Positions 9,124-21,933 of a stretch of 25,036 bases of DNA are shown here, one piece after another. The notes under the pieces are model-generated. The model did no database searches and was not told the origin of the DNA. It saw nothing but the letters and a program-made list of their open reading frames with translations. Within the stretch, counting starts at the first letter, position 1. Every line of letters begins with the position of its first letter. The position numbers were made by a program, and so were the translations under genes. This DNA comes from Amoeboaphelidium protococcarum X5 (Eukaryota; Fungi; Aphelidiomycota). The stretch lies in the NCBI GenBank assembly GCA_023515725.1, contig JALDTO010000076.1, positions 1 through 25,036 of the forward strand, in the 5' to 3' direction.

Positions 9124-12100
9124 TGTTGATGTTATTATTATAATTGCTGTAGTCTAAGCTTTGACTTCCTTTACCATTTATGCTATTCGTATGACCACCA
9201 GCTATAATAGTTTCGGTTATAATTTCTAGAAATTCAATCATAATATGAGCATTCATATCCTTATTTGTGAGCATTCGCAGACATCTCTGGAATGACTGAA
9301 CCGTATTGGAACTTCCCAATAAACGGAAAGCATATCTGGGCAGAACATCATTCGACTGCTCCAAGTATTCCATCACTACATCGTTCAACTTATCGACGGC
9401 ACCATCTATTATGATGGCGTCTTTAGCAGGAGGCTTGTAATTGGGCACTGTAGAGTACCATTTCCTCTCTGGCAGTGGCCAATACGAATCCATGAGACTT
9501 TACAACCACAGCTTCATCTAAGAATCTATAATCACTTACTAGGAGAGGTACTCTGCACTGCCGAAAATACTCTCCTCGATCAATGACACCATCTTGTTGG
9601 ACGATTTAGTGTCAAGATCACTCAGGGCCCCACCGCCGCCAACACTTACACCACTGCCAACGATACTTTATTCCAGGAACAAGGACCGTATAATCTGCAA
9701 ACCTTTACGCCTTAGCCATTGATTTTTGGCATTGAGATCGAAAAATTCAGTCACCAGAAGGAATCCTTGATTGATCAAATCTGGCAATTCCTACTAAGTG
9801 TTGACGCTCTGTTGATACACTGTAGTCCCCGTTGAAGATGCGATAGATAGCCGACGTTATGGTGACTTTGAGCCCAGAGGATCTCTGACAGACGTTGCCT
9901 AACTCTGTGATCTTCCCCTGGTGGAATGATGTGGACCATCTTTTTATTACCCAGCATGACTTGAATGTTAAGTTTACTAGCCAAAAGTGGGCAGAGATCT
10001 GAGTATCTTATTAAGACTCTCGCGAACATTCTCCGAGATATTACCAGATCTCAGCTGTTTTATACTAGTACCAGTGGGACCTCCCTACAGAGTTGCCGGA
10101 GTGGCAGAGCGAAGCACCGGGCCAAGCCCAGAGTGACCTCCATCCGGAGTAAAGAAGAGCTGCATGGCGCGAGATTCACAAATCAACTGATCCCCGACCA
10201 ACATTTTTAGGTAATGATCAACATCATCTTTCAGTCTACGCAATCGCTATTCATTATCATTGATCTGCTGCTGACTACTACTACCTAAAGATTGAGGCCG
10301 GCTCAGAGTGGGTAAATCAATCTTGCTCACCTTCGGGAATAGAGTCTTCAACTGAGTGTGCAGTGCCAGAATGTCTGGATAAGACCGTGATAGAAGCCAA
10401 CCTTTCAGATCACTCTATTGCGGCTCCACTTGCAACAAGAATACTGTATTCTTGAGCCGCTTAGTCAGAGATTGGCTATTAATTGAACCAGTGTTACTCT
10501 ACTGGCGCAATTGATCAAAGTTCTATTAAGCAGTTGAAATCATACGCTTGGTCAGTCCAGTCAAAGCACCCACAGAATTAATGAGCTTACTACCACCACC
10601 ACTATTACTACTTAGTGTACTGTTGCTTGCATTCAAAGTATTACCACTACCACTGATCATTGTTGAGTTTCCGCTTCTATCAAGATCAGAATCAGCGACT
10701 ATTGTAACATCCATCACGCTCACTTTGATCGCTGTCAGATGTAGACGTTCTTACAACTGCACAGATTCCACTTGTTAGCCTCTCTCACTTTGCTAATCGA
10801 TATCCTCCTGAGAAGAAGAAGAAGATCGCGCATTAATATTATTATTAGCCATCATCATATCATTAGCCGAGGTGACCAGCATTGCCATTTAACGCTCCAA
10901 ATCTTTCTTATTCCTGGTCACCTTACGCAACTGAGATCCAATCTCAATACTAGGCATCGGCATGGCATTCTGCTTACGCTTCAGATCAGCCATGCGGTCA
11001 GAAAGAAGATGATGTTACTCCCTAAGCTATGTTATAGCTGCAGCCAAATGGAGCAAAGCCTCTTCATCGGCATTCAATGATTTATCTTGACGCAAACTAG
11101 ACAATTCATCCGCGCCGACTTCAACCCGCTAAGCGTTAGATTAAGAAGTGACATCTGCCGATTGCGGGACTTCAGTCGGTACGAGATTAACATCGTGCTC
11201 CTTCTAAGTAGACGCAGATGGATTTAAACCAATTGATTAATCAGAAGGCTAGTCTTTCAATTTTTGAGAAGGCAGAAAGGTCAACTCACTACTAGTAGTT
11301 TCATTATCCTGATAACTCTACTAAGACGAGGATGCATGTTCTTATATAGATTCTTTAACATCAGTCTAAACATCGTCATTAACGACAATATTCTCAAGAG
11401 GTTTGGATTCTTGATCGATACCAAAATACTTTTTAAACTTTTCAGACTTTTTAAATCCATCCAAGTAATCAGACTCCAAGATATTTAACACGTAATCCTT
11501 GGTCTTATCAAAGCATTCAGCAGATATATGACCGCTATCTTCCAAAGCTGACTTCAACTCTTTAACTCGCTCTTCATGAATTTACTTGAGCTACTACTCC
11601 ACTTTATCAGCATCAGATTTATCAGACAGAGTCAGATTCTCTAAATAGCTGCTCGGCATAGTGGACAGGGATACCAATTTTATGGGCAGTTCTGCGTACG
11701 GAGCAAAATGAGCATCAAACACTGTCCTGGCATCAGCTCTAATAAGATCCATAGCATGTTATCTATCACCGCCAATATCACTAGAATTCAAATTATCTCC
11801 AACATCCAATGACTGGAGCTCTTTCAGTTATAGCGAAGAAACTTGACAGTAGATATCTACATTAGTCCAGAAACGGAGATACGATGGAGCATTAATCTAT
11901 TCCATATACTCCATAAACATGGCAAACAAGTCATTCTTTTTTAGCACGTCCATAGTGGTGAGCTGGACAGGTGCAATTCCATGCAACGATTTACGCCTCT
12001 CCTACTACAGCTACTAACTATTAGCATGGCCACTCTGCTGCAGACTCTTGGCAGGATCCTTGACGAGCATTCTCAATATGATGCTGCACAAAATCTCTGG

Positions 12101-12955
12101 TTGGGCGTAATGTTAAACTATGGGCCATAACACGCTGCCAGACAGCAATTCTTACACAATCAACCTCATGCAAGGACTTTTAAAATCATCCTCTGGCACG
12201 AGAGCCTGGAGTAATCTATATGCTACATCTCCTAATCGCTAGACATAATTCTTTTATCCAACCTGTATTTATACATTCAATCTAGTAAATTCATCCCAAG
12301 ATTACTCTGACAGCTCAAATTACCGATAATATCCGAGACTTTTAATCAATGAAGATGACAGATAGGATAGCGTTTTCATAATCTTCCTCTTATCTATACC
12401 ATCAGTTGATTGAAATGCACCAACCTTCTTCATGATTACATAGAATCTATTGATGGCCACAGAGAGGGCACTTCTAACTTAATTGGGAAAATTGAGGCTT
12501 TTAGATACATTCAGAGAATCATACCAGAAGTGGATAAAATCTTTGAGAAATAGATCCACCAATTCATTCAATACAGGATCCAAGACTATACAAGTGTCCA
12601 ACTTTGTCAACAATGACGACACTGACTAAGAGTGGTGAGATTTATTTTGTAAATGATGATGTTCCGCGTCTGCATCGACAGAATTTAAGCTTTACACCGA
12701 CTTGGCAGTGATTTTGAACTCATTCTACTAATAGGAAGATTATTAGGGATTAGGCAGGAATACAATATAACCAGCAATAAATCCAATTCCAGCAAATATG
12801 ATTAAATGCATCAATTTAGTGTAGAATAAGACAAATGTACAGGCCAATACAGTGAACACTATGGAGATCGATTACAGAGGATACAGTGCACAGAACAACT
12901 TGACATCATCCCATGTAAACTATTAACTCACAACCTTCCACACCACGTCCCACAT
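9095..12955 (-). CDS. Mdm1/SNX13-14-25-like sorting nexin: N-terminal TM hairpin, PXA, RGS, coiled coil, PX, C-terminal nexin domain (1286 aa)
   Basis: One uninterrupted 3861-nt frame with TAR=Gln. PXA (LVDLFLKDFIHFWY; FKSPCMRLIVQELLSGSVLWP), RGS (LFAMFMEYMEQINAPSYLRFW), PX (TVFLLQVE...WLLSRSYPDILALHTQLKTLFP...YLKMLVGDQLICESRAMQLFF), nexin-C (EFFDLNAKNQWLRRK; DSYWP). Confidence 0.9.
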
Positions 12956-13283
12956 GATATTTCCTCTTTAAAAAATATATATATGAATACACAAGCGAGA
13001 ATTAAAACAAAATCAGCGTTGCAATTACAGTAATACACTATGAGACAGTATTTCTGCACACAGTTTTGTTGTTTCAGTCAAAGCGCGAAAGAGGAAAAAC
13101 AACCAAATCGAAAAGTCAAAACGGAACGATTCGAAATCGGGGAGATGAAACGACTTAGTTTGAAGTATGGGCTGCTTAAACATCGTTGTGCCTATTGTTA
13201 CTCCACATTTAGAACAAAGTTGAAATCATAAAATAGAAGCAAGATTCTAAAATATCTAATTTCTCTCTCTCACACACCTCTTT

Positions 13284-15620
13284 TCAAAAATCAAACTTAT
13301 TCTGTAGTTCATCAGCTAGCGCGTCCAAATCATCAACCTTGGCCTTTCCAGTTTGAGATGAGGCCATCATATCAAAGTTGTTACTATTCGAAAAGCTAGA
13401 TCCCATCACATTAGGCTGTGGAATACTACCAAATGCAGTCGATATGTCGGCCGTTTATCTCGTGCTCATCTGGCGGCGGACAGAAGCATTCCTCTGCACA
13501 GCACTTGATGATCCCATTGCCTGAGATGAGCCAGCGGCAAACTTATCACCAAACAGGTCCGGTTGCTGTTACTGCTGCGAGATGGATGCAGAAGAGTCAG
13601 CATTAAACCTACTGCTCACAGAAGCGCGTCTGTTCAGATCCGATTTACCTTCTGCAGATGGCACTTGGGATGTTCCTCTGACAGAGGCAACAGGCACAGG
13701 AGGCTTGAAATCGAACGATTCTGGAGCCTTGGCTTGTTTGCGCTTTCTAAAGCAACAACAGTAAATAGCCAATGCTAGCAATAAAACTATGACAACACCC
13801 ACTGCAATCACAGCCCACTAGAAGGATGCCCAAATTCCTAGCAATGCACCGAGCAACGCATTTCCATCAATAATTGGTCCGTTTGTCTACGTTGGTGTGG
13901 ACGTGGCACTCACCTAAGACACACTCAAAGTCTCAGTGATCGTCAAAGTGGCATTCAAAGACGCGGTAGGCAGAGAAGACTGGGCACTGATAGTAGTCGA
14001 TGAAGGCACAATAATCGGTCCAATTCTCGCAATGAAACTAGTTGAATTACCCCAAGCATTCTTGTTTATGCTAAACAATTGTCCCTCGGATTGACCAAAT
14101 ACGTACAACACGCCATTCGTGCTATCTACTCTCAGCTCACGTGTAAAACTTTCAAATGGCTTAGGCAACCCCCATTACCACACATCCAACACGGAACCAT
14201 CAGTGGTGTTCAAAGACATGATAAACATATCTCTCTCGCCATAAAACGGAAGTCCACTAAAGAGTGGAGATTTAGCATTTCCACCAACGTGCAGGATACC
14301 GCGCGAGGAGTCCAATGTGCCGGTGGTCAAGAATTCTGAGAATTGAGTGCCGTACATCGCGGTCCAAGTTAATTCAGCACCAGTGTCATTGATAGATAAT
14401 CTGGTGACGAACAAGTCTTGAAAGCCCTTATTCGTGTAGTTGGAGCTCATATTACCAAAAGAGTATCCAAAGACAAACAAGCTCTTTCCATCTGAGGAGA
14501 CAGACATTCCAGTAGGTGTATCAAATCCGACATTTTGATCAAGATCATCAGTACCAAACACAAAAGTCCAGTCAGGTTTGCCGCTAAATTCCTAAACTAC
14601 AGGAGATGGACTCGACGAAGCTGTTGTTGCCTCATCGGTTGTGGTAGTGGTGGATTCAGTGGATGATGTAGATACCTCAAGCGAAGCTGTGCTGAAGGTA
14701 GAAGACATATTCACATGTACAGTAGACACTGTTGAATTGGCAGACATCAAGGTAGTAAACATAGCAGTGGTAGTGGTAGTAGTAGTAGTCTCACTAGTAG
14801 TATCAGCAGTCGTCGTAGTTGTAGTACTAGTGGTAATGCCAAGTTCAGTAGGTGTCTTCATGTTCATACGCGCCACAAACACATTCTAAACACCTTTCAC
14901 TGCGACTCCGTTCACTGAAGTACGCTGGGCACCACCCAATACAAATACGATACCAGCGTCTGCAGCCAAAGGGGAAGTTCTTAATTAAGTAGGAATCTAC
15001 GCTGCATCATCAATCTGAAAGAAAGCCACAACAGTATTGTTACCACCACCAGGATGCCTAGTGACAACATACTGGAAGTTGTTATTTGTTCCCAGTACAT
15101 AGATGTCACCAGTCAGACGGTCTACAGTAAGATGAACCGGATTGATAACTCTGTCATTGCCGGCCTAGTTACTCGTGTCATAGGTGACTGTCTTCAGAAG
15201 ACTACCAGTGACTGGATCAATGACAAAGATCATATAAGAGCTATGCTAAAGATCAATGTCGTACTGAGTCAACACATAGCTCATAGCATTAGATCCAGAC
15301 TAGCCACAGAATGCTCCTTTCATCTTGTATTCGGAGGGTACAGTATAGAAGTAGTCAGCAGATGCAGCGCTGAAGTTACCACCATAATAAGAGCTAAACA
15401 GGCCACCAGTTGATCCACTGACATTTTAAAAAGTTTAGGCAGCAAACAATTTGTTGTCACTTCCCAAACACAATCTTTAACCGGATGATACATAATTATC
15501 ACTAAACTAACTAATGACTTTAGGCGTACCAGCTGAAGATCTAAAGCGCGGAAGATTGGAGGATGCCAAAGAGACTGATGCTATTGCAGCGATTAGAACA
15601 AAATGATTGATTGAGACCAT
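13284..15620 (-). CDS. Type I membrane protein (778 aa): signal peptide, beta-propeller-like ectodomain with Ser/Thr-rich insert, TM plus CCC, long cytoplasmic tail
   Basis: Joins four same-frame ORF-track fragments with TAR=Gln. MVSINHFVLIAAIASVSLA signal, repeats GVQNVFVARMN / GFQDLFVTRLS / GERDMFIMSLN and GDIYVLG / GILHVGG / GVLYVFG, TM WAVIAVGVVIVLLLALAIY-CCC-FRKRK, ends NKFDF-TGA. Confidence 0.88.
14604..14853 (-). repeat. Low-complexity Thr/Ser-rich (ACT/ACC-repeat) mucin-like coding segment
   Basis: Runs such as TTSTTTTTTADTTSETTTTTTTT, seen as GTA/GTG triplet repeats on the + strand. Boundaries are approximate. Confidence 0.8.
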
Positions 15621-15947
15621 TGTTATAACTATAATCAGTTAATCAATGAGGTGCCAGCAGTATATATAAACAGTATATTGTCACAATCAATACACAAAAT
15701 TTAAAATTTACAACTTTACAAATGTTTGAACAATTAACTATTAAAAGGCGCATTACTATGTAAATGAATTTTTATATCTCCAAGTAATTCCATGTGTGCT
15801 ATAAATAGATCCATGGCAACCATGTTTTGAGTAACGACCGGCAATCGAGGTGTTAAACACAAGTGAGCTTAAAACGAAGCGCATAATAAAAACTACCATG
15901 TTCCTCATATTTATCAAATTTACAAATTCATACACCAACCATACAAA

Positions 15948-18900
15948 TCAAGCCATAAAGTCACTGTCATCTTCCGATTCTTCAGTGTCATCATCTGACA
16001 CGTCAAACTTCTTGACCACCTTCTTCTTCGCTGGAGCCTTGCTCTTAGAAGCACCTTTCTTGCCTTTCTTTCCTGCACCACCAGCCTGTTGAATTCCTTT
16101 GGTAGACTTGAGATCTGCTTCATTCAAATCAGACTCCATCTTGTTCCATTCGTCCATAAAGTCATTCAGATCTCTAATCCACAGATCTTTGACACCGGTT
16201 GCTAACAACTCATCAAGTTCCTCTTGCTTCTTGGCGCGGTCCTCCTTCAACTTGGACACCTTTTCCGCAGTCAAACTCCAAATAGCCATAGAGAGTAAAT
16301 AGTCATAGCTACCAGCCATCGACGGGCCACTCTCATCATCACTATCATCAGCATTATCATCGGATGCCTTCTTACCAGTCTTTGGCATCGGCTTATAATC
16401 GCGCTTCTGCAGCTCAGCGATAATATCATTCTTCTTTCGATTCTGAACCACTAACTTTCCCTAAATAATCTCCATAATGAAGCGCACCTTATTGTCCAGC
16501 ACGGTCCAGTCTTGAGTCAGTTGATCTGCAAGGAACTCTTTACGCTTCTGATAGTACTGGAGACGAAGATGATAGAATTCTAATAGAATCTCCAAGGGAT
16601 TGGCATATTTTTTAATTCTTCCTTCTGGATCAAAGCATACCATGTTGGACGTGGAAATTGAAGAGACCATCTTGAACTTCTTTTCCAAACCTTCCTTCTC
16701 AGCAGCAGCCATATTGGCCTCCGTCAAATGAATCACAAAGTGCACAGTGGAGTCAGAGTGGTATTCCTTGTAATCCTTGATGAACGCCGGAGTCTTTTCA
16801 TTTCCAGTCAGCAGAGACTCCAGAAACTCTTTGTAAGTCTGTGTCCAGAAGCGTACAGGAAGTTCGGTAATTTCCAGAGTTGTCGCATCAACCTTAGTAA
16901 TCTTACCGCACACATTATACTTTCCATTTCCCAAATCTACCAAATCGCCATGGAATCCGCGATACCATGGATGCATTTGTACCATCTCATGATTCAACAT
17001 CAATCTTTTCAAATTCTCAACGATATCTCTTGGATTGTAATTAGGAATAGAACAACTCCACCCAGTACCAATACCTTCACCTCCATTAACCAACAACAGC
17101 GGCATCACGGGAATGTACCAATCAGGCTCAATCTTCTGGCCATCATCAGTCAGATAATTCAACAGATTATCATCAAATTTGTGAAATATTTTACGAGCGA
17201 TAGAAGTCAGTCGAGTGAAGATATAACGAGCGCTTGCAGCATCTTTGCCACCTTGCAAGCGACTACCAAACTAACCGATAGGTTCCAGTAGATTGATATT
17301 ATTGCTACCAACAAAGTTCTATGCCAAACCAACGATGGAAGACTACAGACTCACTTCACCATGATGATACGCAGAGTGCTCAGCAACATAACCACTCAAC
17401 TGCGCAACCTTGATCTCACCCTTCACTAGATTTCTTTTGAAACAAGCATAGACAATCTTGCGTAGACCAGGCTTCAAACCATCAACGACGTTAGGGATAG
17501 ATCTGATATTATCAGCCATGCTGAACAGGATGAGCTCTTTATTGATAAAATCTGATACACTAATCTGATCAGTGCTGTGATCAATAAACGTACCAGGCTT
17601 GAAAGCTCTCAGCCACTCCTTTCTATTATCCGTCTTCTTCTTATTGAAAGCCATATCAATCATATCGCGCTCCTCTTCAGAAATCGGACCAAACTCCTTC
17701 TTATGATGAGCAAGATTCAAGAAATACTACTTGGCATCTTCCTTGGTACTGGTTCCGAGACCTTTGTAGTATTTGATACTCCAGCCAACCGCGCCATCAG
17801 TCTCCTCGAGCCACTACTCGTACTCAGGTATAGTATAAAAAGTAACAGAGTTCTTCCCTTTCGTAGCTTTCACAATTGGAGTGATAAATTCACACAAGAA
17901 ACCTTCCAGATGAAGCAGCTCAGGGAAGAAATGATCCAAGAAATTCAATATTAAGCCTTTGATGTGAGAACCATCGTGATCCTAATCAGTCATGATCATC
18001 AAATGTCCATAGCGAAGAGTGGATGTATCAGTGTACTTTTTACCATGCTACAGGCCCATAATCTGCTTGATGTTATTAATCTCCGCATTCTCCATAATCT
18101 GCTTGTGAGTAGCTTCACGGACATTTAGTAACTTACCACGCAATGGAAACACACCATAATAGTCTCTACCAATGACACCTAAACCGGTAACAGCCAGCGT
18201 TTTGGCACTGTCTCCCTCAGTGACAATCAAGGTACACTTGGAGCCATCCTTGGAACCGGCCTTGTTTGCATCATCAAGCTTTGTGATTCCAGCAATTCTG
18301 ATTCGCTTCGATCCATCAGTCTTCTTCAACATGAGATCTTACTTGGACTTAGCCCAATGCAAGACATTCTCAATCAGACCAGACTTTTTCATCTTATTAA
18401 CAAACTCATCACTAATTGCACATTTGCTTCCAAATTGACTAGATTTTAAAGTCATATTCTCTTTAGTCTAAGAATCGAAGGCAGGATTTTCAATAAGACA
18501 ATTGATGAATAGCCACATTTGATTCTTGATTTAAAATGACTTGACAGGTGCAGCCTTGTTCTTCTTCTGAATGGCATCAATAATCTTGGACACAACAGTA
18601 TCAGCAACATGGTTGACGTGAGTACCACCCTTCGACGTAGAGATAGAGTTCACAAATGATACCTACTAAAATTGGCCTTCACTGAGAGTAAAAGCAACCT
18701 CCCAACGATCATTCACAATCTCATGAACCACAACAGGCTTCTGGCCGCCCAGAACAACAGCATTGTTATCCTTGGATGAGACGAAAAGATCAACGTATTA
18801 CCTAAAATTCTTGATTTTGATACGCTGATCATTCAAGTACACCTTGACATTCTTCAAACAACCAGCCATGTCCACCACACGCTTTTGCAGCAGAGCCTCA

Positions 18901-20027
18901 ATATCATGATCGATTCCATCCATTCCAAACTTACCAAAATCAGGCTTGAACGTGATTTTAGTGTACTCTTCTTCTCTAGAGTTGGAAGACAACTTCGGCT
19001 CTCCCTTCACTGACATATTCTTCGAAAATACCTACTTATACTTTCTACCAGACACCTTGTCAGCAGTTTCCACGATAAACTCTGTACTGAAAATGTTACA
19101 CAACTTGGCACCATAACCATTTCTACCACCAGTGACTTTACGATCATTGTCATCATAATTGCTAGAGGTCAAGAGATGACCAAAAATCAACTCTGGAACA
19201 TACACTTTCTCCACAGCGTGAATCTCAATAGGAATACCCTTACCATTATTGTGAACGGAAATCACACCATTCTCCTTGTCGATGACCACCTTTAGAACAT
19301 CCATAGACGGATCTCTCTGCTTATTATCAGCCGCATTCACCAAGATCTCGTCAAATATTTTATAGAAGCCAGGCACGTAAGAAATATCACGAAAAACCAT
19401 AGTACCACCATGCTCATTCTCAGCCTACTCCCACACCCACATTTATTACTTGATAGATTCAACAGAGCCAATATAGGTGTCAGGTCTCAGCAGAATGTGC
19501 TCCAATTGACTCTTCTTCTGATAAATCTCTTCAATAGTCTTACTCTTTTAGTTTTAGCCATTTGAAGCAGTTGGCTGGGCGGCAGGACGGACATTCTCCT
19601 GCTCTACCTCAGCTGAAAAACTATCACCACCATCCTAGTCGTCGTCAGCATCAGATTAAACCAAGATCTTTTGCTTACTTGCCGCTGATTTAGTCGACTT
19701 GGGCGCACTTTTAGTCTTGGCCACTTTAGACACTGCCGGCTTTGACTTTTTCTATGGAGCCACGAAACTGTCAAATTCATCATCATCATTATCAGATGAA
19801 TCAGCACCACCATGGGCAGCAGATGACTGAGTTAAATCAGAAGATGCAATTTTCTTAGACTTCTTGCTTTTACCAACACCACTGGCAGCCTTTGACTTTG
19901 TCGTCTTAGAAGAAGCAGTAGCAGTCTTTGCCAGCTTAGTCTTCTTTGGTTTAGGTGAAAAATCATCAAAACTAGCCTGGTATGAAGACTCAACCATGGC
20001 ACCAAACTCACTATCACTATCAGACAT
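15948..20027 (-). CDS. TOP2: DNA topoisomerase II (eukaryotic type IIA), ~1359 aa, intronless
   Basis: All ORF-track fragments share one frame. Motifs EHILLRPDTYIGS, KIFDEILVNAADN, GGRNGYGAK, TEGDSA, PLRGK, IMTD(TAG)DHDGSHIKG, SAYHHGE, ASARYI (catalytic Tyr), ending in TGA. Start chosen at MSDSDSEF; an in-frame ATG at 20156 is an alternative. Confidence 0.97.
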
Positions 20028-20159
20028 AGTATGCTTCAAATTCTTTATGTATACTTCAGATACTCGAGTAGGAGGAAGAGAAGCAGCAGATGAAGATGAA
20101 GATGCCAAAGAGGCGAGAGAAGAGATTCCATAAGAGTCTTTGAAACTGAAACACATTTC

Positions 20160-20380
20160 GTTTCACTCTGACGCGTCTTTATCGATTTCCATTTCCGTCT
20201 GGAAGATTGTTGAGGCGAGAAGGGCAGAGAGAGAAGACACACACGGGATCTTTTAACGATCGCGACCGAAACGCGTAAAAATTTACTTTTTTATGGTTTC
20301 GTAAGAGGATTTAGTGACTTGAGATTTAGAAACGTTCAGTCTGATTTTAATAAATATCTAACTCAAATTAACGCGATCAC
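20160..20380. promoter_or_regulatory. TOP2 upstream region with MCB-like ACGCGT boxes
   Basis: ACGCGT at 20171-20176 and 20271-20276, GATCGCGA at 20258-20265, ACGCGATC at 20371-20378. ACGCGT is the fungal MluI cell-cycle box; its function here is inferred. Confidence 0.5.
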
Positions 20381-20416
20381 TTCACTAAATCTCCCATTTG
20401 ATGATTGATTGTTAAA

Positions 20417-21694
20417 TCATTCGATAATCTCAGTAACCAGGCCAGTGGCGACGGTACGGCCACCCTCACGCACAGTGAATCTGCTACCACTCTCAATGGC
20501 AATATCAGTGGCCATCTGCATTGTGGCCTCCACCTGATCACCTGGCATGACCATTTGCACAGAATCTGGCAATACCACCGTGACTGTAGCATCTGCAGTC
20601 CTGGTAAATAGCTGCGGTCTGTAGTTGGTGACGAACGGCGTGTGTCTACCACCTTCATCCTTGGTCAGAGCGTACAGCTGAGCCTTGAACTTCTTGTGTG
20701 ACTTGATACTACCCGGCGCGGCCAACACCATACCGCGTCTAATATCTTCACGCTTGACACCACGCAAAAGGATACCCAGATTATCGCCGGCTTCACCACG
20801 ATCCAGTTCTTTGTGGAACATCTCCAGACCGGTCACCGCAGTCTTCAGCTTGCTTCCAAAGCCGACAATCTCCACTTCCTGACCCTTAAGGATGGTACCA
20901 CGCTCAACTCTTCCAGTCACCACTGTACCACGACCGGCAATACTGTGAGTATCTTCAACAGGCTGCAAAAACGGCTTATCCAGACCACGTTCTGGCGTAG
21001 GGATCCACTCGTCAACAGCCTTCATCAACTTGAGAATGGCCGTCTTACCAATACCATTATCATCCTTGTTCTCTAGTGCGTAAAGAGCACTACCAGCCAC
21101 AATCGGAGTATTATCACCGTCAAAATCATACTGAGTCAGCAGTTCTCTCATCTCCATCTCCACCAGTTCCAACATTTCAGGATCATCCAGTTAATCAACC
21201 TTGTTCACAAAGACAACGATGTGCTTGACACCAACCTGACGCGCCAATAGCAAATGCTCTCTAGTCTACGGCATGGATCCATCTGTGGCTGCTACAACAA
21301 TAATCGCTCCGTCCATCTAGGCAGCACCAGTGATCATATTCTTGATGTAATCCTTATGGCCAGGACAGTCCACATGGCCGTAATGTCTGTTGTCAGTTTC
21401 GTACTCAATATGAGCAGTATTGATAGTGATACCACGCGCCTTCTCTTCAGGAGCATTATCGATATCAGAGTAAGCCTTGGCTTTTGCCTGACCACTCTCA
21501 GACAGGACTTTAGTGATAGCAGCACTCAGCGATGTCTTACCGTGATCAACGTGTCCGATAGTACCAATGTTCACGTGAGGCTTCTTCCTTTCAAATTTAG
21601 CAGCAGCTTCAGATGCATAATAACGCAGACTTCCCTTTGCAGTCAAGTGCTTAGATGTCAATTATTTACTCAAAACGCGTAGAGATCGCTACAT
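20417..21694 (-). CDS. TUF1: Mitochondrial elongation factor Tu precursor (425 aa)
   Basis: Presequence M(TAG)RSLRVLSK(TAA)[16 protein letters not shown] is basic with no acidic residues. Then [24 protein letters not shown](TAG)MDG, MP(TAG)TREH, NKVD, REGGRTV, ending in TGA. Confidence 0.97.
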
Positions 21695-21933
21695 AACTGT
21701 GGTCTTTTCTTTTAAATTAGATCAGTATTTGAACACTCACGCTGTATCAGCAATTCGTTAGACAGAGAAAACGTCAACGATCAGCCGATTTCAAATTTCA
21801 AATTTTACGCGCGCTTTGCTGCAGAAGTCCGATGATGAACCCAAACTTTGATCACTCACTTTAGCAAAAAGGTCATAATAGGAAAAATCAACGGCACACT
21901 ATAGTCAAGAGAATATGTTCAAATTATTCACGT

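Noticed and set aside
20417-21694. Bacterial tuf gene, or a recoded phage/prokaryotic contig
   Set aside because: A mitochondrial-type presequence, eukaryote-specific neighbours (SAR1, RPC34, a sorting nexin) and GT-AG introns indicate a nuclear genome.
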